The notes under the pieces: generated by a model
Told to the model about the DNA's origin: nothing
Database searches by the model: none
Seen by the model: the letters and a program-made list of their open reading frames with translations, nothing else
Position numbers and translations under genes: made by a program
Assembly (NCBI RefSeq): GCF_037042905.1
Contig: NC_087245.1
Coordinates: 3,722,001-3,786,000 of the forward strand
Origin: Lytechinus pictus
Lineage: Eukaryota
Reading direction: 5' to 3'
Length of the DNA stretch: 64,000 bases
In this document: positions 1-32,600 of the stretch, piece by piece
Layout of the letters: each line of letters starts with the position of its first letter
How positions within the stretch are numbered: the stretch's first letter is position 1

Positions 1-614
1 ACATGAGGCCAATTTTGCCCTGACAACCCAAATCGTCCCTAAAATTTCCCCACAATGCACGCTGTGGGGCAACCATTTTTTTCTAGTTATCCCAAGATCG
101 GTTATAAACAATATTCAAGATTATTTACAACATCAATACTCTAATTATGGAAAAATAATTATATTTGCTTTTACTGCATAGTTGCTTGTTACCTCTAAAA
201 AGTATCACTTAAAATGATATAAGCAACCCCCCCCCCAATTCTGCAATTGCTTGAATGTGGGGGAAAATATAGCCCCTAAAAAATAAGAATGATTTCCTAC
301 CCTGATCTAATAGCAATCTGGTTCACTGCTATTAGTTGCAATCATCACCAAAGGCCTGTAACACAAAGCTGTAATGATTGATCGCACAGTTGATTTGTAT
401 GTTTGATTGCATATAATAATCAATGTAATAAAGCATATGAATCAGCCCTACTATCAATCGCATAGCTTTATGTAACAGGCCCTGATCTTACACCCATCCA
501 AGCTCCATCTTACAATCGATCTGATCAATAAAAACTATGGAAAGGCAGCACAAGCAATGTCTTGAATGAATAGATCCGTTCAAAATTGCTGTCCAACTAT
601 AATTTATACTCATA

Positions 615-1784
615 GGCTCGTATTCTGAAGTCAGGTTTAACTTAGACCATGGTCTAACTCTGTGCTAAAATTATGGGAAGCCAAAAATGTCAAAATTTTT
701 ATTAATTGTATGTTTATGTTTATTGTGCTCTTTCCTGAATCATCGAAGGTAAAGACAATCTATTTATACTTCCTAGACAATTATGAATGATTTGAGAGCC
801 AAATGAGCTGAAATATGATATCTCTACTGTTAGTGATTTATGTAACAATTGGCTATCCATTCTTACACAACTTTAAACCTGAGTTTAAAGACCCTGACCG
901 GTGTAAAAACAATCATATATCAAAATAAAGGTAATGATTCATACAATACGAATATACCAAAAATATTACATATATCTCCTTCCAATAGTTAAAAATGTTA
1001 AATAAAAATCAAAGACACTGCTCCTCCAAAGTACGCTTCGATTGAGCACCCCCACGTTGCCTGGAAATGATGACGTCACGTTGTGTCAGGAGGGTTGTGA
1101 TTCCATAGGTTTGTGTACAAAAGCATTGGGTATTTTCTTCCGTTTCCATGTTATGAATCCATTTTTTTTTCGTTTTCAGATGAAAATGGCACTCAAAATT
1201 ATTCACTGTTCAAATTGTTGTAAACCTATAACTATTCACTACCTTTTTTGTGATTTCTTTGTTTGGCTCTTATTGGGCCTAAATTGCTATGTCAGGAAAA
1301 GTTGTTATACATAATCTAAATGCAGATAGAATTGAAATCTGCGCCAAATAAGCAGGAAATAAAATATGGCAAAAACTAGTTCAAAACTGCAGATTTCATA
1401 AATTCAAGCTTGTGGGTAAAAATATATGTGATATCCCTCTGTGATAGAAGTGAAGAGAATGAAATGCGTTATCTAGAAAGCAAAAAAATCACCCAGTTTT
1501 TCTGTGTACAAACCTATGGAATCACGACGCTTCTTACACAACGTGACGTCACGGTCTCGAGGCAGGTGAAAAGCACAATAAAGCCTATTTTTTAAGCGGG
1601 GTTCGAAACCCGATAATTGGAATATTCTTAAGCAAAATACTCAGCTGGGAAGCGGTGAAAATGCATAAAGCATACCTTGGTGTATTTAGTAGCTTATAAG
1701 CTTTCGATTGGTATATAATTTATCAATTTCATTTTCGGGTCCGGTCTGGATCTTTAAGTTAAACCCGACTTCAAACTACAGGCC
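615..1784. mobile_element. Harbinger-like MITE interrupted by the TTAA element
   Basis: TIR GGCTCGTATTCTGAAGTCAGGTTTAA/TTAAACCCGACTTCAAACTACAGGCC; 3-bp TSD ATA. An uninterrupted sister copy lies at 27745-28057. Confidence 0.75.
889..1753. mobile_element. Non-autonomous DNA transposon with TTAA TSD (Kolobok-like)
   Basis: TTAA at 885-888 and 1754-1757; TIR AGACCCTGACCGG/CCGGTCTGGATCT; internal inverted repeat of about 50 bp (1071-1122 vs 1499-1551). Confidence 0.75.
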
Positions 1785-2234
1785 ATAGGAACATTGTGTA
1801 AATTTTCTGAAAAAATAATGATGGCATTGATGGCTTTCCATAGTTGAGATAGATTGAATCAATCGTAACTACTTATAAGACAGGGCCCTGGGATTCTCTA
1901 ATGAACAAATTGTCTTTTTACCACATTATATAAACATCAAAGTCATTATGACCTTGTGGATATGAACTCTCTAGATGTAATTTGAGAAGATAAGACTGAT
2001 AATATAGAAGTGGCCTTAATAAACTTGAAACACATAGTGATATTAAAAAGCCCCATATTCATAAAGACTTCCGACTACAGTAACTTTGCCATTATGGTAT
2101 CTACCATGGAAACCTTGAATGTGATTGGCTGCTAAACCCTGTTACCATGGTAGTTACCATAAGTCCTTTATGAAACAGGCTCCTGATTTGACATTCATAT
2201 AGAGGACTAAGATCAGACTATGAATCCCACTAAC

Positions 2235-22397
<20,163 letters not shown>

Positions 22398-23319
22398 GCC
22401 AGATATACTTTAAAAAGTTGTGTTAATATCACAACTTAAAATTAAATCGGCAAATTGCTAGTAAAAGTGCTTCCAATCTTTAGCCTCCTTTCGCCTTACA
22501 CACATGGGGCGCCAGTACTTGAGCGTGGGATTATGGGAAGGAAATGGTGAGCTAAAGTGTCTTTGCATAGCTCGGGGAATTTTGGCTCGCAAGATTGCAT
22601 GCAATTCGGGATCAAACTGTGCACAAAATATACACACAAGTGTGTACATTCACGAGCAAACGAGTTGGCCACGATGAATCAGACTACTGGTGATGATAAT
22701 AATGTTTTACATATTTTCTGATATTCTTTTTAAACAGTACATAGTTGATTCGTTCCCAACATGACTATTTATCAAGATGAAAAAAGTGAAATGAAATTAA
22801 AAGAATTAAGCCAGAGGTAGGTACAGAAAAGACGATTGCGAGGTCGAGGGGGGGGGGGGGGGGGGGGGGCCCGGGAGTGAAAAGAAGCGTACGAATGGAA
22901 AGGGACAGGGGGCGGGAGAAATGAAGAGTAGGCCCTACAGGGCTCTCTTGAAAATTAAAACACCTATGAAGACAAGGTCCTTTGGAACCCGGGATTCAAT
23001 TTTTTCTTCTTTTTATCACTCCTTTCTTTTGAGGGAATTAAAATATTTCAATTAAAAAACGTTCTTTTTAATTATCATTGTTATCATTGTGAAATGCATA
23101 TTTATTTAAGATTTTCCCATTGTCTGTTCAAAAATATGAAAATAACTGATTTTCACGAAAAATCCAAGATGGCCGACAAAATTGGGGTCCTCTGGTTCTG
23201 ACCCGGCAGCAACACATTTCCTTAACCATTGATTTCATGCCAACATGGGGACCATCAGTCCAATTTTTACTCCAACTAACCCCTGCATGTCTTCAGATTC
23301 ACAAACAAGATTCAATTAA

Positions 23320-26088
23320 ATGGGAATCCAGCCTAGCTTGGTCGTAAAATGTTGGGTTCAAAAGGAGAAAAATAGATTAAAAAGAATGGTGAAAGTTTGA
23401 AAGAAATCAGGCAAGCAATAAGAAAGTTATGGCTGTATTAAAATTGAGATCCCTAAGACTATATGCATGGGCGGAAATCCCAGGGGGGACAGAAGGGTCG
23501 CGTCCCCCTTTACCCAAAATAGTAGGGAGGACACAATATCAATTGTCCCCCTACTATTTTTGGCCTTTTATGATGGAAAGAAATACATCAATAAAAATCG
23601 AAATAATACATGTATTTTGGAGGAGAAAATATTGAAAAAAAGGGGGAAAGGCCCGGGGAAAGGAAGAAAAAAGAAGGGGGAAAAGGAGGAAAAATAAGAG
23701 GAGGGAGACGAGTGAATAAAATAAGGTCAAGGGAAGACTTGGAAAATGATTTGAAAATATATTTCATGTCACTATATTAAATTTTTGCTCGCGCATCGCG
23801 CTCGCATAGCCTGCATGTTCGACGAAATACATATCGTGTTTAATATGCTGATATGTAGCTTAAAATATCAAGTTTTGAAATATACTATGCATATATTTCA
23901 GCTCGAACATCGAGCTTTTATTATTTTGTTTGATTTACAAATTGCTCTGTAAACTGTCTGTTTTATTGTGTGAATATCATTTGCAGCTTTTTGCGCTGTG
24001 CGCTCGCTTTATTTGAATAGCCAAGTAGGCCTACATATTGTCTCTATTTAGTCCATCAGATTCTTTATATACCGGTATTAATTCTATAACAAATTACTTA
24101 AAATCCCCCTTTTATGACAGTTTATCAAAAATTTCGTCCGCGATTGCGCTGGCATTTTTGTTGAAAATATATCAACTCATAAATCCTATTCATGATTACA
24201 AAAGTGCTTAAAATATCCAGTTTTCAGGCCTCAATGTCAACAAATTTCACTCACTCATAAATACGATAGATAAAATTTTCATGAATTCCTAATAACAAAA
24301 TTGTCGCTTTTTCAGAATAGGAATAGGAGGATAGTAATCATTTTCATATGATGACAAAATGTCCTTAGGCCAAGAATGTCCAGGTGTCAGGTCAAAATAG
24401 TAATAAAAATATCAGCTCGCGCTTCTCACTTACATCATTTATTACGTGCTATCCGTATCCACTTCTCAATTTCCCTACCCAGTGCTTTAGATAGTGCTTA
24501 AATTCACCTTTTCATACCGGAATATCAAGTATTTTCCGCTCGCGCTTCGCGCTTGCATTATTGATTTTCATGATAAAAAATGAAATGTATTCAGAATGCC
24601 CAGATTCTGCCTAACTCTAAAACACGCGCACACATTTTTATCAAGATACGCAGCTTGATCTTTATTCAAAACGTGCTAAAATTATCCAGTTTCAGATCAG
24701 AATATAAAAAAAAATACTGCTCGCGCTTTGCACTCGCATTATTAATGTAGGAAAAGACAAAATTTCCCATCTTTTTTATGATTTACAAAACATGAATAGA
24801 TTGTCCCATTATTAGGTCTGAAATCTGAATTTTTCCACTCGCGCTTCGCGCTCGCATTAATTGTTTGGTTTTATACCTCTACCGTTAATGATTACAAATA
24901 GTGCTTAGAATGTCATCTTTTTAGGTCGGAATGTCAAAAAAATTTCAGCTCGCGCTTCGCGCTCGCATTATTTAATAGTTGAAATATGTATAGTCTTAAT
25001 GGCTAACTGCAAAACGTCCTTATCCATGTTATCAGGTCCCTTACAGATCAAGCCAGATCCGCTCGCAGTAATCATTATTTTAGCTACATACGCATCTTGT
25101 TCACACACATTGCCCAGAATATTCAATTTTCAGGACAAAATACATGAAATTAAAAAAAAAAAATAGCTCGCGCTTCGCGCTCGCACTATTTAAATATGGC
25201 TTTTGAGATTACTACACTTTTTTATAAGAATAAAGTTAGAAATGACTGTTAGGACATCGGCGTTTTGCCCCCACCCCCAATTTTTCACGACCAAGAAACA
25301 AAAAGAGAAAAGGAAAGGGATAAGGGTGAAATATAAAGCCTATTATTTTCCAAATGTCATGTCAAAATCTATCACAAATTTGATTTTTGTAATGAACATT
25401 TTTGAAATTTTTGCTCGCTCACTCGCTCGCAACTTCTTATTAATTTTACGTGATACGCTATCAAGCCCCCTAAAATTTTTGGCTCATTACGCCACTGGGA
25501 CAACCCCTTCAAAGAAACAAGCAAAAATCAACTTTGAGCGGCCGATCGGGAAGAATATGGGTGAAAAAAATTGGCGGGAGCTGGATCCGCCCCTGGTCCC
25601 CCCCCCCCTTACCATCGGGGAGAGATTTCCGCCCATGAGACTATGTATATTTCAAATTGGCAACTGCATGGGTAAGTAAATTATTAAGAGACAATGACAA
25701 CTTTCCCATAGGCCACGTACTTAATTATCAGGGATTTGTGGTTTTCTCCTAAGTATATTCCCCTGGGTCAGTAATCTAAATATAACCCAGGTAGTGTATT
25801 GTTTTATGCCCTTATAAAAGAAAAATATTATTTGAAGTAAAACGTTTGAAGAAAATGACATTTTAGCCATTTTATGTATTGGAGTACATGGAAGTGTAGT
25901 CCTTGCCTTGCATCACTATGACATCACATAATTATGCAGCAAATTTGAAGTCTACATGGGTATACTATAGTGATTATCAATTTTTACAACTTTTTATTGA
26001 AAATTCATAACTTTCTTATTGTTTGTCCGATATTGTTCAAAGTTTCACTTATTAACTTGTCTGATTTTTCTTTGGGTTGGATTCCCCT
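23320..26088. mobile_element. TTAA-TSD (Kolobok-like) element carrying a nested 2.2-kb insertion
   Basis: TTAA-ATGGGAATCCAGCC ... GGTTGGATTCCCCT-TTAA. Confidence 0.65.
23466..25637. mobile_element. hAT-like non-autonomous element with dispersed GCTCGCGCTTCGCGCTCGC motifs
   Basis: TIR CATGGGCGGAAATC/GATTTCCGCCCATG; near-TSD AGACTAT(AT)G/AGACTATG; about 10 internal copies of the motif. Confidence 0.75.
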
Positions 26089-26387
26089 TTAATACAAAGT
26101 TACATGGCACAATATTCAGTTTCAAGGGTTCTTTCTCGGACACACCCGAAAAGCAAAGTCCCATCAACATAAATCTTGATTCATTTATAGGCCCAATCCT
26201 CAGATTCAGCCAACCGAGGAGTTTTCCTATTCATGCTCAAATTCAACCAGATCCCATTGAACACCTGGCCTGGTGCAAGCATAACTCTTGGACATACAGA
26301 GCCCGAATTAAAGAAATAGTTATGTAAAGTATAGTCACATAACTATACTAGAAAAATCACAAGGGGTAGTCACCCTTGCCTACTGTG

Positions 26388-26415
26388 GCACCGCCCCTGT
26401 ATTGGTATAAACATT
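26388..26415 (+). promoter_or_regulatory. Candidate GC box and TATA box of the mucin-like gene
   Basis: CCGCCCC at 26391 and TATAAA at 26406, about 215 bp upstream of the signal-peptide ATG. Confidence 0.3.
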
Positions 26416-26621
26416 CCAGTCAAGATCATAACATAATATATTGTTTATTAGGTTATATTGGGGGAGGGCCATTCGGGATATCTCACTGGATTATAAATCA
26501 AAGGCCGATGAAATCAATAAAATAAGCTTACTAATAATCTACACAAGACAAGCGATCAGGGGTTTAAAGGTGTTTTGTGATAACGATATATGTACACATC
26601 GCAAGGACTAAAGGATTCAAA

Positions 26622-29600
26622 ATGGAATTTCTACCATGTATATTTGTATGTTTCGCCATAGCATTATTTCTTCAAGGCAGGGCAAAAGGAGGTAGGAATT
26701 TCTCAGAATAATTTTGGGTCTATAATATTTTATTGATTAGCAGGGAATAACATTGCCCATATATTTGTGTGATAGATGTTCCCTTTCACACAATTTGTGG
26801 GCCTATACCTCATACCATTATGTTAGATACATTTTCAGAACAGATAAAATAATGACAATGCAATTCATTACGAAATATAGAGTTCATATCAGTGAGACAT
26901 AATTAAAGGTCAAGTCTACCCCAGAAAAATGTCGATTTGAATAAATTGAGAAAATCAAACTAGCATAACGTTGAAAATTTCATCAAAATCGGATGTAAAA
27001 AAAAGGAAGTTATGACATTCGCTTATTTTTCACAAAACAGTGACATGCAAATGAGACAGTCGATGATGTCCCTCACCCACTATCTTAGTTTTTATTGTTT
27101 GAATTATACAATATTTCACTTTATTGCAGATTTGAAAATAAGGAATAACTTGACTGAACCATATAGTATTAAGCAATGCTAATTCCACATGTTTAGGGAG
27201 GAATTAAACGTTGTTTCACTTGACAATGAGGAGAAAATTTAAATATTTCATATTTCATATCATAAAATACAAAGGAAATGGTGAGTTGACGACGTCATCA
27301 GTCTCCTCATTTGCATACCGACCAGGATGTGCACATAACTGTTTTGTGAAATAAAGCGAAACTTTAAAATGTCATATTTTTCCTTTCTTATTTTACATCC
27401 GATTTGTCCTTTAAACAACCTGTTTGTGACAATGTCACTGAAATTGAATGGAAAATAGGAAGATTTTGATATTTTCAATTTGGGTATACAATGACGTGTA
27501 TACTGATTATCTTATAAGTCATTTTTTTATTTTGAATATTCAATGAAGTTCGAAATGTCACACTTTTCCATAGATACTCGAAAAGAATATTCCACCGCCC
27601 CATGGGTGGTGCCAACATGGGGTTCGGGGACCGCCTATATGATTTTAAGAAAAACAAAAGATATAACTTAACCCTATCAAAATATGCATATATCCTGCAT
27701 GGTACCTTCTCTGTTTCTTTCAGAATGAATATGCGAGAGACTATGGCCCGTATTCTAAAGTCAGGTTTAAATTAAACCCTGGTTTAAAGTTGTGGTTTAA
27801 CTATGGAGAGCCAATTGGAGCACAAATACCCAACAGTACACATTCAGATTATTAAGTCATTATGGCATCCAAATTGTTCATAATAGTCCGGGAATGATAA
27901 CTGAAGTGTTTTTCTTCATTATGAAAGTAAAAGGAAACAAAATACTCAACATAAGAAATATGCAACATAAACAGAATTTTTGAACTTTTGGCTCCCCATA
28001 ATTTTAGCACAGAGTTAGACTGTGGTCTAAGTTAAACCTGACTTAAGAATACGGGCCTATAATTCTTGCAGCGGATATATTTATACTTTGATACCATGAA
28101 ATACAAAATTAATGGTTGGCTTGCATGTAAAATTGTCATCCAACCCACTTGAAAACAAAGTCATTCACTGATTTGGGAGAAATAAATAAAAAAGTGACTT
28201 TCTTTTTTTCCCCTTCAAATTAAGATATTATTCACCTTTTATCAGCCAATTTGATCATATATTATATCATGCAGGTCCCGATAATACAGGTTAGGTCTAT
28301 AATAAAACTTTAGTTTGCACCATAATATTCTCAGTTCACCAAAAGTAAGGGAATGAATCTAAAATAAAACACAACCCTGATAGATTGAATTCATTCAAAA
28401 TAAACCCAAACAATTGTAATAAGATAAGAGAAATCATTTATTCCAATAGAAAAACATTGAGGGTTCTAACAATTCCAAACATGAAAATCGTATGAAATGA
28501 AATAAATGAAAAGATTGTGGCTATGTATTTTTTTTTTCTCTTTAAACCTCTTTCGAGGGACTTTATTTACATCTCTATAATACAGTTTACAAATCACAAA
28601 GTATATACAGTAATCAAATTAATCAATCAATAAATGAGTTCCAGCAATTTGTCAACTTCTTTTGTATTCTTATTTTTGGTAACATATTTTGAACTTAAAT
28701 ACCATCTCAGTTTCATTTTCAAATTCATCCATAATCTATTTACATTAACAAAGTAATAACCTTTTTTCATACTCGTTTCAATATAATTTATGTAAATGGT
28801 GTATTGAGTAAAATTCAAAATGATATTAATTAACCAGTATTTCGGTTCTTGTATATTCCAACCTAAAATTACTATATTTTCATTAACATAGACCTGTACT
28901 TTAGAAACAAAAAGAATTGTGTCTTCTACCATTTTCCATAGAGGTTTTATATTCTCACATTTTATCAACATATGCATAATTGTTCCCTTAAGTAAACAAA
29001 GATTACATTTATCATCATTTTTTAAACTCCATTTAAATAAATTTGATTGGGACGGAAGTATTTTATGCAGGAGCTTAAAATTAAATTCTCTAACCTTGTT
29101 ATCTTTTATTTGTCTAAGTTTAAAATACAGGACTTTGTCCCAATTAATTTCTATCTGAAGTCCCAAATAATTTTGCCAAAACATAAAGAAAGATGCTTCT
29201 GTTTTGTTATGTTCTAAATAATAATGATAATAATGCCTAGCTTTCAAGATATTTACATCAATTAAATCACCATTTGATATTTCAATAAGATTAGGTATAA
29301 TCGTTATTTCCTTTTGTTGTGCATTTGATCTATTTTCCAGCCAGGTGTTGGGAAATGCTTTCTTCAACTTTTGTAGTTCAAAATTGTATAATAATTTTCT
29401 GTTTTCAAAATCATCAAATACCGTATTGAGGTTTTTCCATTTACCTTCTTTTATAACATGATTTACCATCAATACACCAGATTTCCTCCATTTATTAAAA
29501 TTTAGTGTTTCATTTTGTATTTTTATATTACTGTTATTCCATAAAACTTGTTTTGGAATATCAGTAATTTTTAAAAAATTCTGGTATCTCAAATTTGCCC

Positions 29601-32600
29601 AAACATATAGAAAATCGATATAAAAGGAGGGTAGATTATACCTTTTCCCTAAATTAACAATGTCTACACTATTACAATTATAATGTAAACATAATGGAAA
29701 ACCACCAATCTTATTTGTCCAATAGGTAAAAAGAGTTTTCCATGCTCCCTTTATTTCATCCATATATTTATAAATCCATGCTAATCGAAGTGATGAAAAT
29801 TTGGCTTTCATATCAATCATGTTTAACCCACCATCAATTTCTTTGTTTAAACATACATTTCTCTTAACTTTATTTTTTTTGGAATTCCATAAAAATGTAT
29901 ATAATTTTTTATTCAATGCCTTTGAAATATAATCGGGCACAGGAACTGCCGAAGCAACATAAACAAATTGTGATGCTATTAAAATCTTAATGACAGATAT
30001 TTTTCCAAAGTAAGTCAGATTTCTCATTTTCCATAAATTAAGTATATTTTCGACTTTTCCAAGTCTCCCTTCCCAATTTCTTTTTTCTACATCAACATGG
30101 TTTTTGCCAACATATATTCCAAGACATTTTACTGGATCGACCGTGCATTCTAGGTCATTTAACTCTATATTTTCATCTAACTTCATTATTTTAGATTTAG
30201 ACCAATTGACTTTCGGCCCTGCTATATTTCCAAATCTATTAATCTCAGTCATTATATTTTGTACAGAATTTGTTCCATCGGCGAATACTATAGTATCATC
30301 GGCGTACTGGGCTAGAGATATTTCTTTAGTTGGTACAGCTATACCTGTAATCAATGGATTTTGTTTAATTTTTTGAGCTAATATTTCAGAAATTACCAAG
30401 AACAATAGAGCCGACAACGGGCATCCCTGCCTTACACCTCGATTAAAATAAAATTTTTGTGACAACCAACCATTGTTCAAGACATTACCATTTGCATTTG
30501 TGTAAAACGTTTGTATCCAATGAATAAATGACTCTTTAAATTGCATCTTACGTAAAGTAGTGAACAGAAAATCGTGTCTAACGTTATCAAACGCTTTTTG
30601 AAAATCTATGTACATGATAACACCTGATTGATTATTCATTTTACAATAGTCAATAACGTCTTGTACAAGTCGCACATTCTCTAATGCCGACCTATGTTTC
30701 CTAAATCCCGATTGATCATCCGAAATAACATGCGGAATAATTTGTTTCATTCTTTTTGCCAATGCACCTGCAGCTATTTTATAATCAATGTTAAGGAGTG
30801 ATATTGGTCTCCAATTTTCTAATAAAGCTTTATTACCCTTTTTATATAACAATGTGAGAACAGCTTGACTTTGGGAGGATGACATTTTTTTCTCTTCATA
30901 ACCAGTATTTAAACTACTAATTAACATATCTTTTAAATCATTCCAAAAGCACCTGTAAAACTCTGCACTCAGGCCATCGCTACCTGGGGCTTTGTTCGTG
31001 TTCATTGACATGAGTATATAAAAACACTCCCTTTCCGTTAATAAACCTTCACATAAATTTGCTTGCTCTTCTGATAAAGTGTTTAATTTTAATCCTGTAA
31101 AATATTCATCGAACTCTTGATCTTGGTTGCAATCCCCTTTATACAGATTTTCATAATAATCTAATATATGTTCTAAAACTTTTTTACCGTCATGTACTAT
31201 TTTACCTTTAATTTCTACACAATTGATTTCTTTTTTAACACTTCTTCTTTTTTCCAACTGTAAAAAATATTTCGTGCACTTTTCACCATGCTCTAGCCAT
31301 TTATCCCTAGATCTCACAAACGCACCTTTACATTTATATTTATACCAGGCATCTAACTCATATTTTATTTTTTCCATCTCTTCAATATCTCGTACATTTG
31401 CACTGACATCAATTTTCTCACAAATTTCTGTATATTCCTTTTCCAATTTGGAATAGTACATTTTATTTCTAATTTGTTTATCTTTAGAATATTTAATACT
31501 TAATTCTTTAATTTTTATCTTACACATTTCCCATCTCAGTTGATCATTTAAATATGAATATTCTGCTTTTACTTTCTGTATAACACATTTTATCTCCGCA
31601 ATGTACTTCTCATCATTTAGAAGAGAGTTATTTATTTTCCAATACCCTTTACCCCTATTTTGTTTACACATTTTCAGTTTAAGAGAAATAGCGTTATGAT
31701 CGCATTTCAATGCTGGCCTGATATCTGTGGAGTGTACCTTACAAGTTAAATGTTTTGCTATCAACCAATAATCTAGACGTGAAAAGATACCTAAAGACAT
31801 CTGTCTCCAGGTGAACTGTTTTTTTGACGGATGGAATTGTCTCCAAATATCACTCAAATTATTGTTTTGCTGAAAAAAATTAAAGACTTCATTTTTTGAA
31901 TGCGTATATGACATTCCACAGGTATCTACCTTTTTATTCTGAACTATATTCCAGTCACCACCTGCAATAATTATATCATCTTCATCTTTTACATCTTTTA
32001 ACCAAACATGAAGCATTTTATAAAATTTGTTCTTTTCGTTCTTTTTTGTTGGTGCATATACATTGAGGCATAAGTATTTATTTTCATCAATAATAAAACG
32101 TACTGCAATAATTCTTCCATCGTGTTTGTGGTGAACATTTACAATATTTATGTTTACATTTTTTCGGACAAGTATAGCAACTCCGCATGAATGATGGGTG
32201 CCATGGTTAAAATAACACGGTCCATTCCATTCTGCATATATAGTCTTTTCAAGATCCTTTGACAAAAAAGTTTCCTGAAGAAATATTACATCACTTTTTT
32301 GTTGTCTAAACCATAACCATATTTTATTTCTTTTTTGTTTATTTCTTATTCCTCGAACATTCAATGAGACAAAGTGCATAGGTGAATCCACTGTGCAAAT
32401 TTGTTACTCCATTGATTTTCAATCTGATCATTAACAAGCTTTACTTGTGTTTTGGTTTCTTTGCTTTTTGCTTCCGCTTTACAGGCTTTACTGTGGATTT
32501 GTTGCCAGTTGACCCTACTGGTGGGCTTTCAGGTGATACGATGGATTGATCACTTTCACTTTCATCATCAGCGCTATTTCCATCATTGCACCTTTGATTG

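Noticed and set aside
23780..25430. CRISPR-like repeat-spacer array
   Set aside because: The repeats are degenerate, the spacers are long and variable with mutual similarity, there are no cas genes, and the array lies inside a TIR element in animal DNA.
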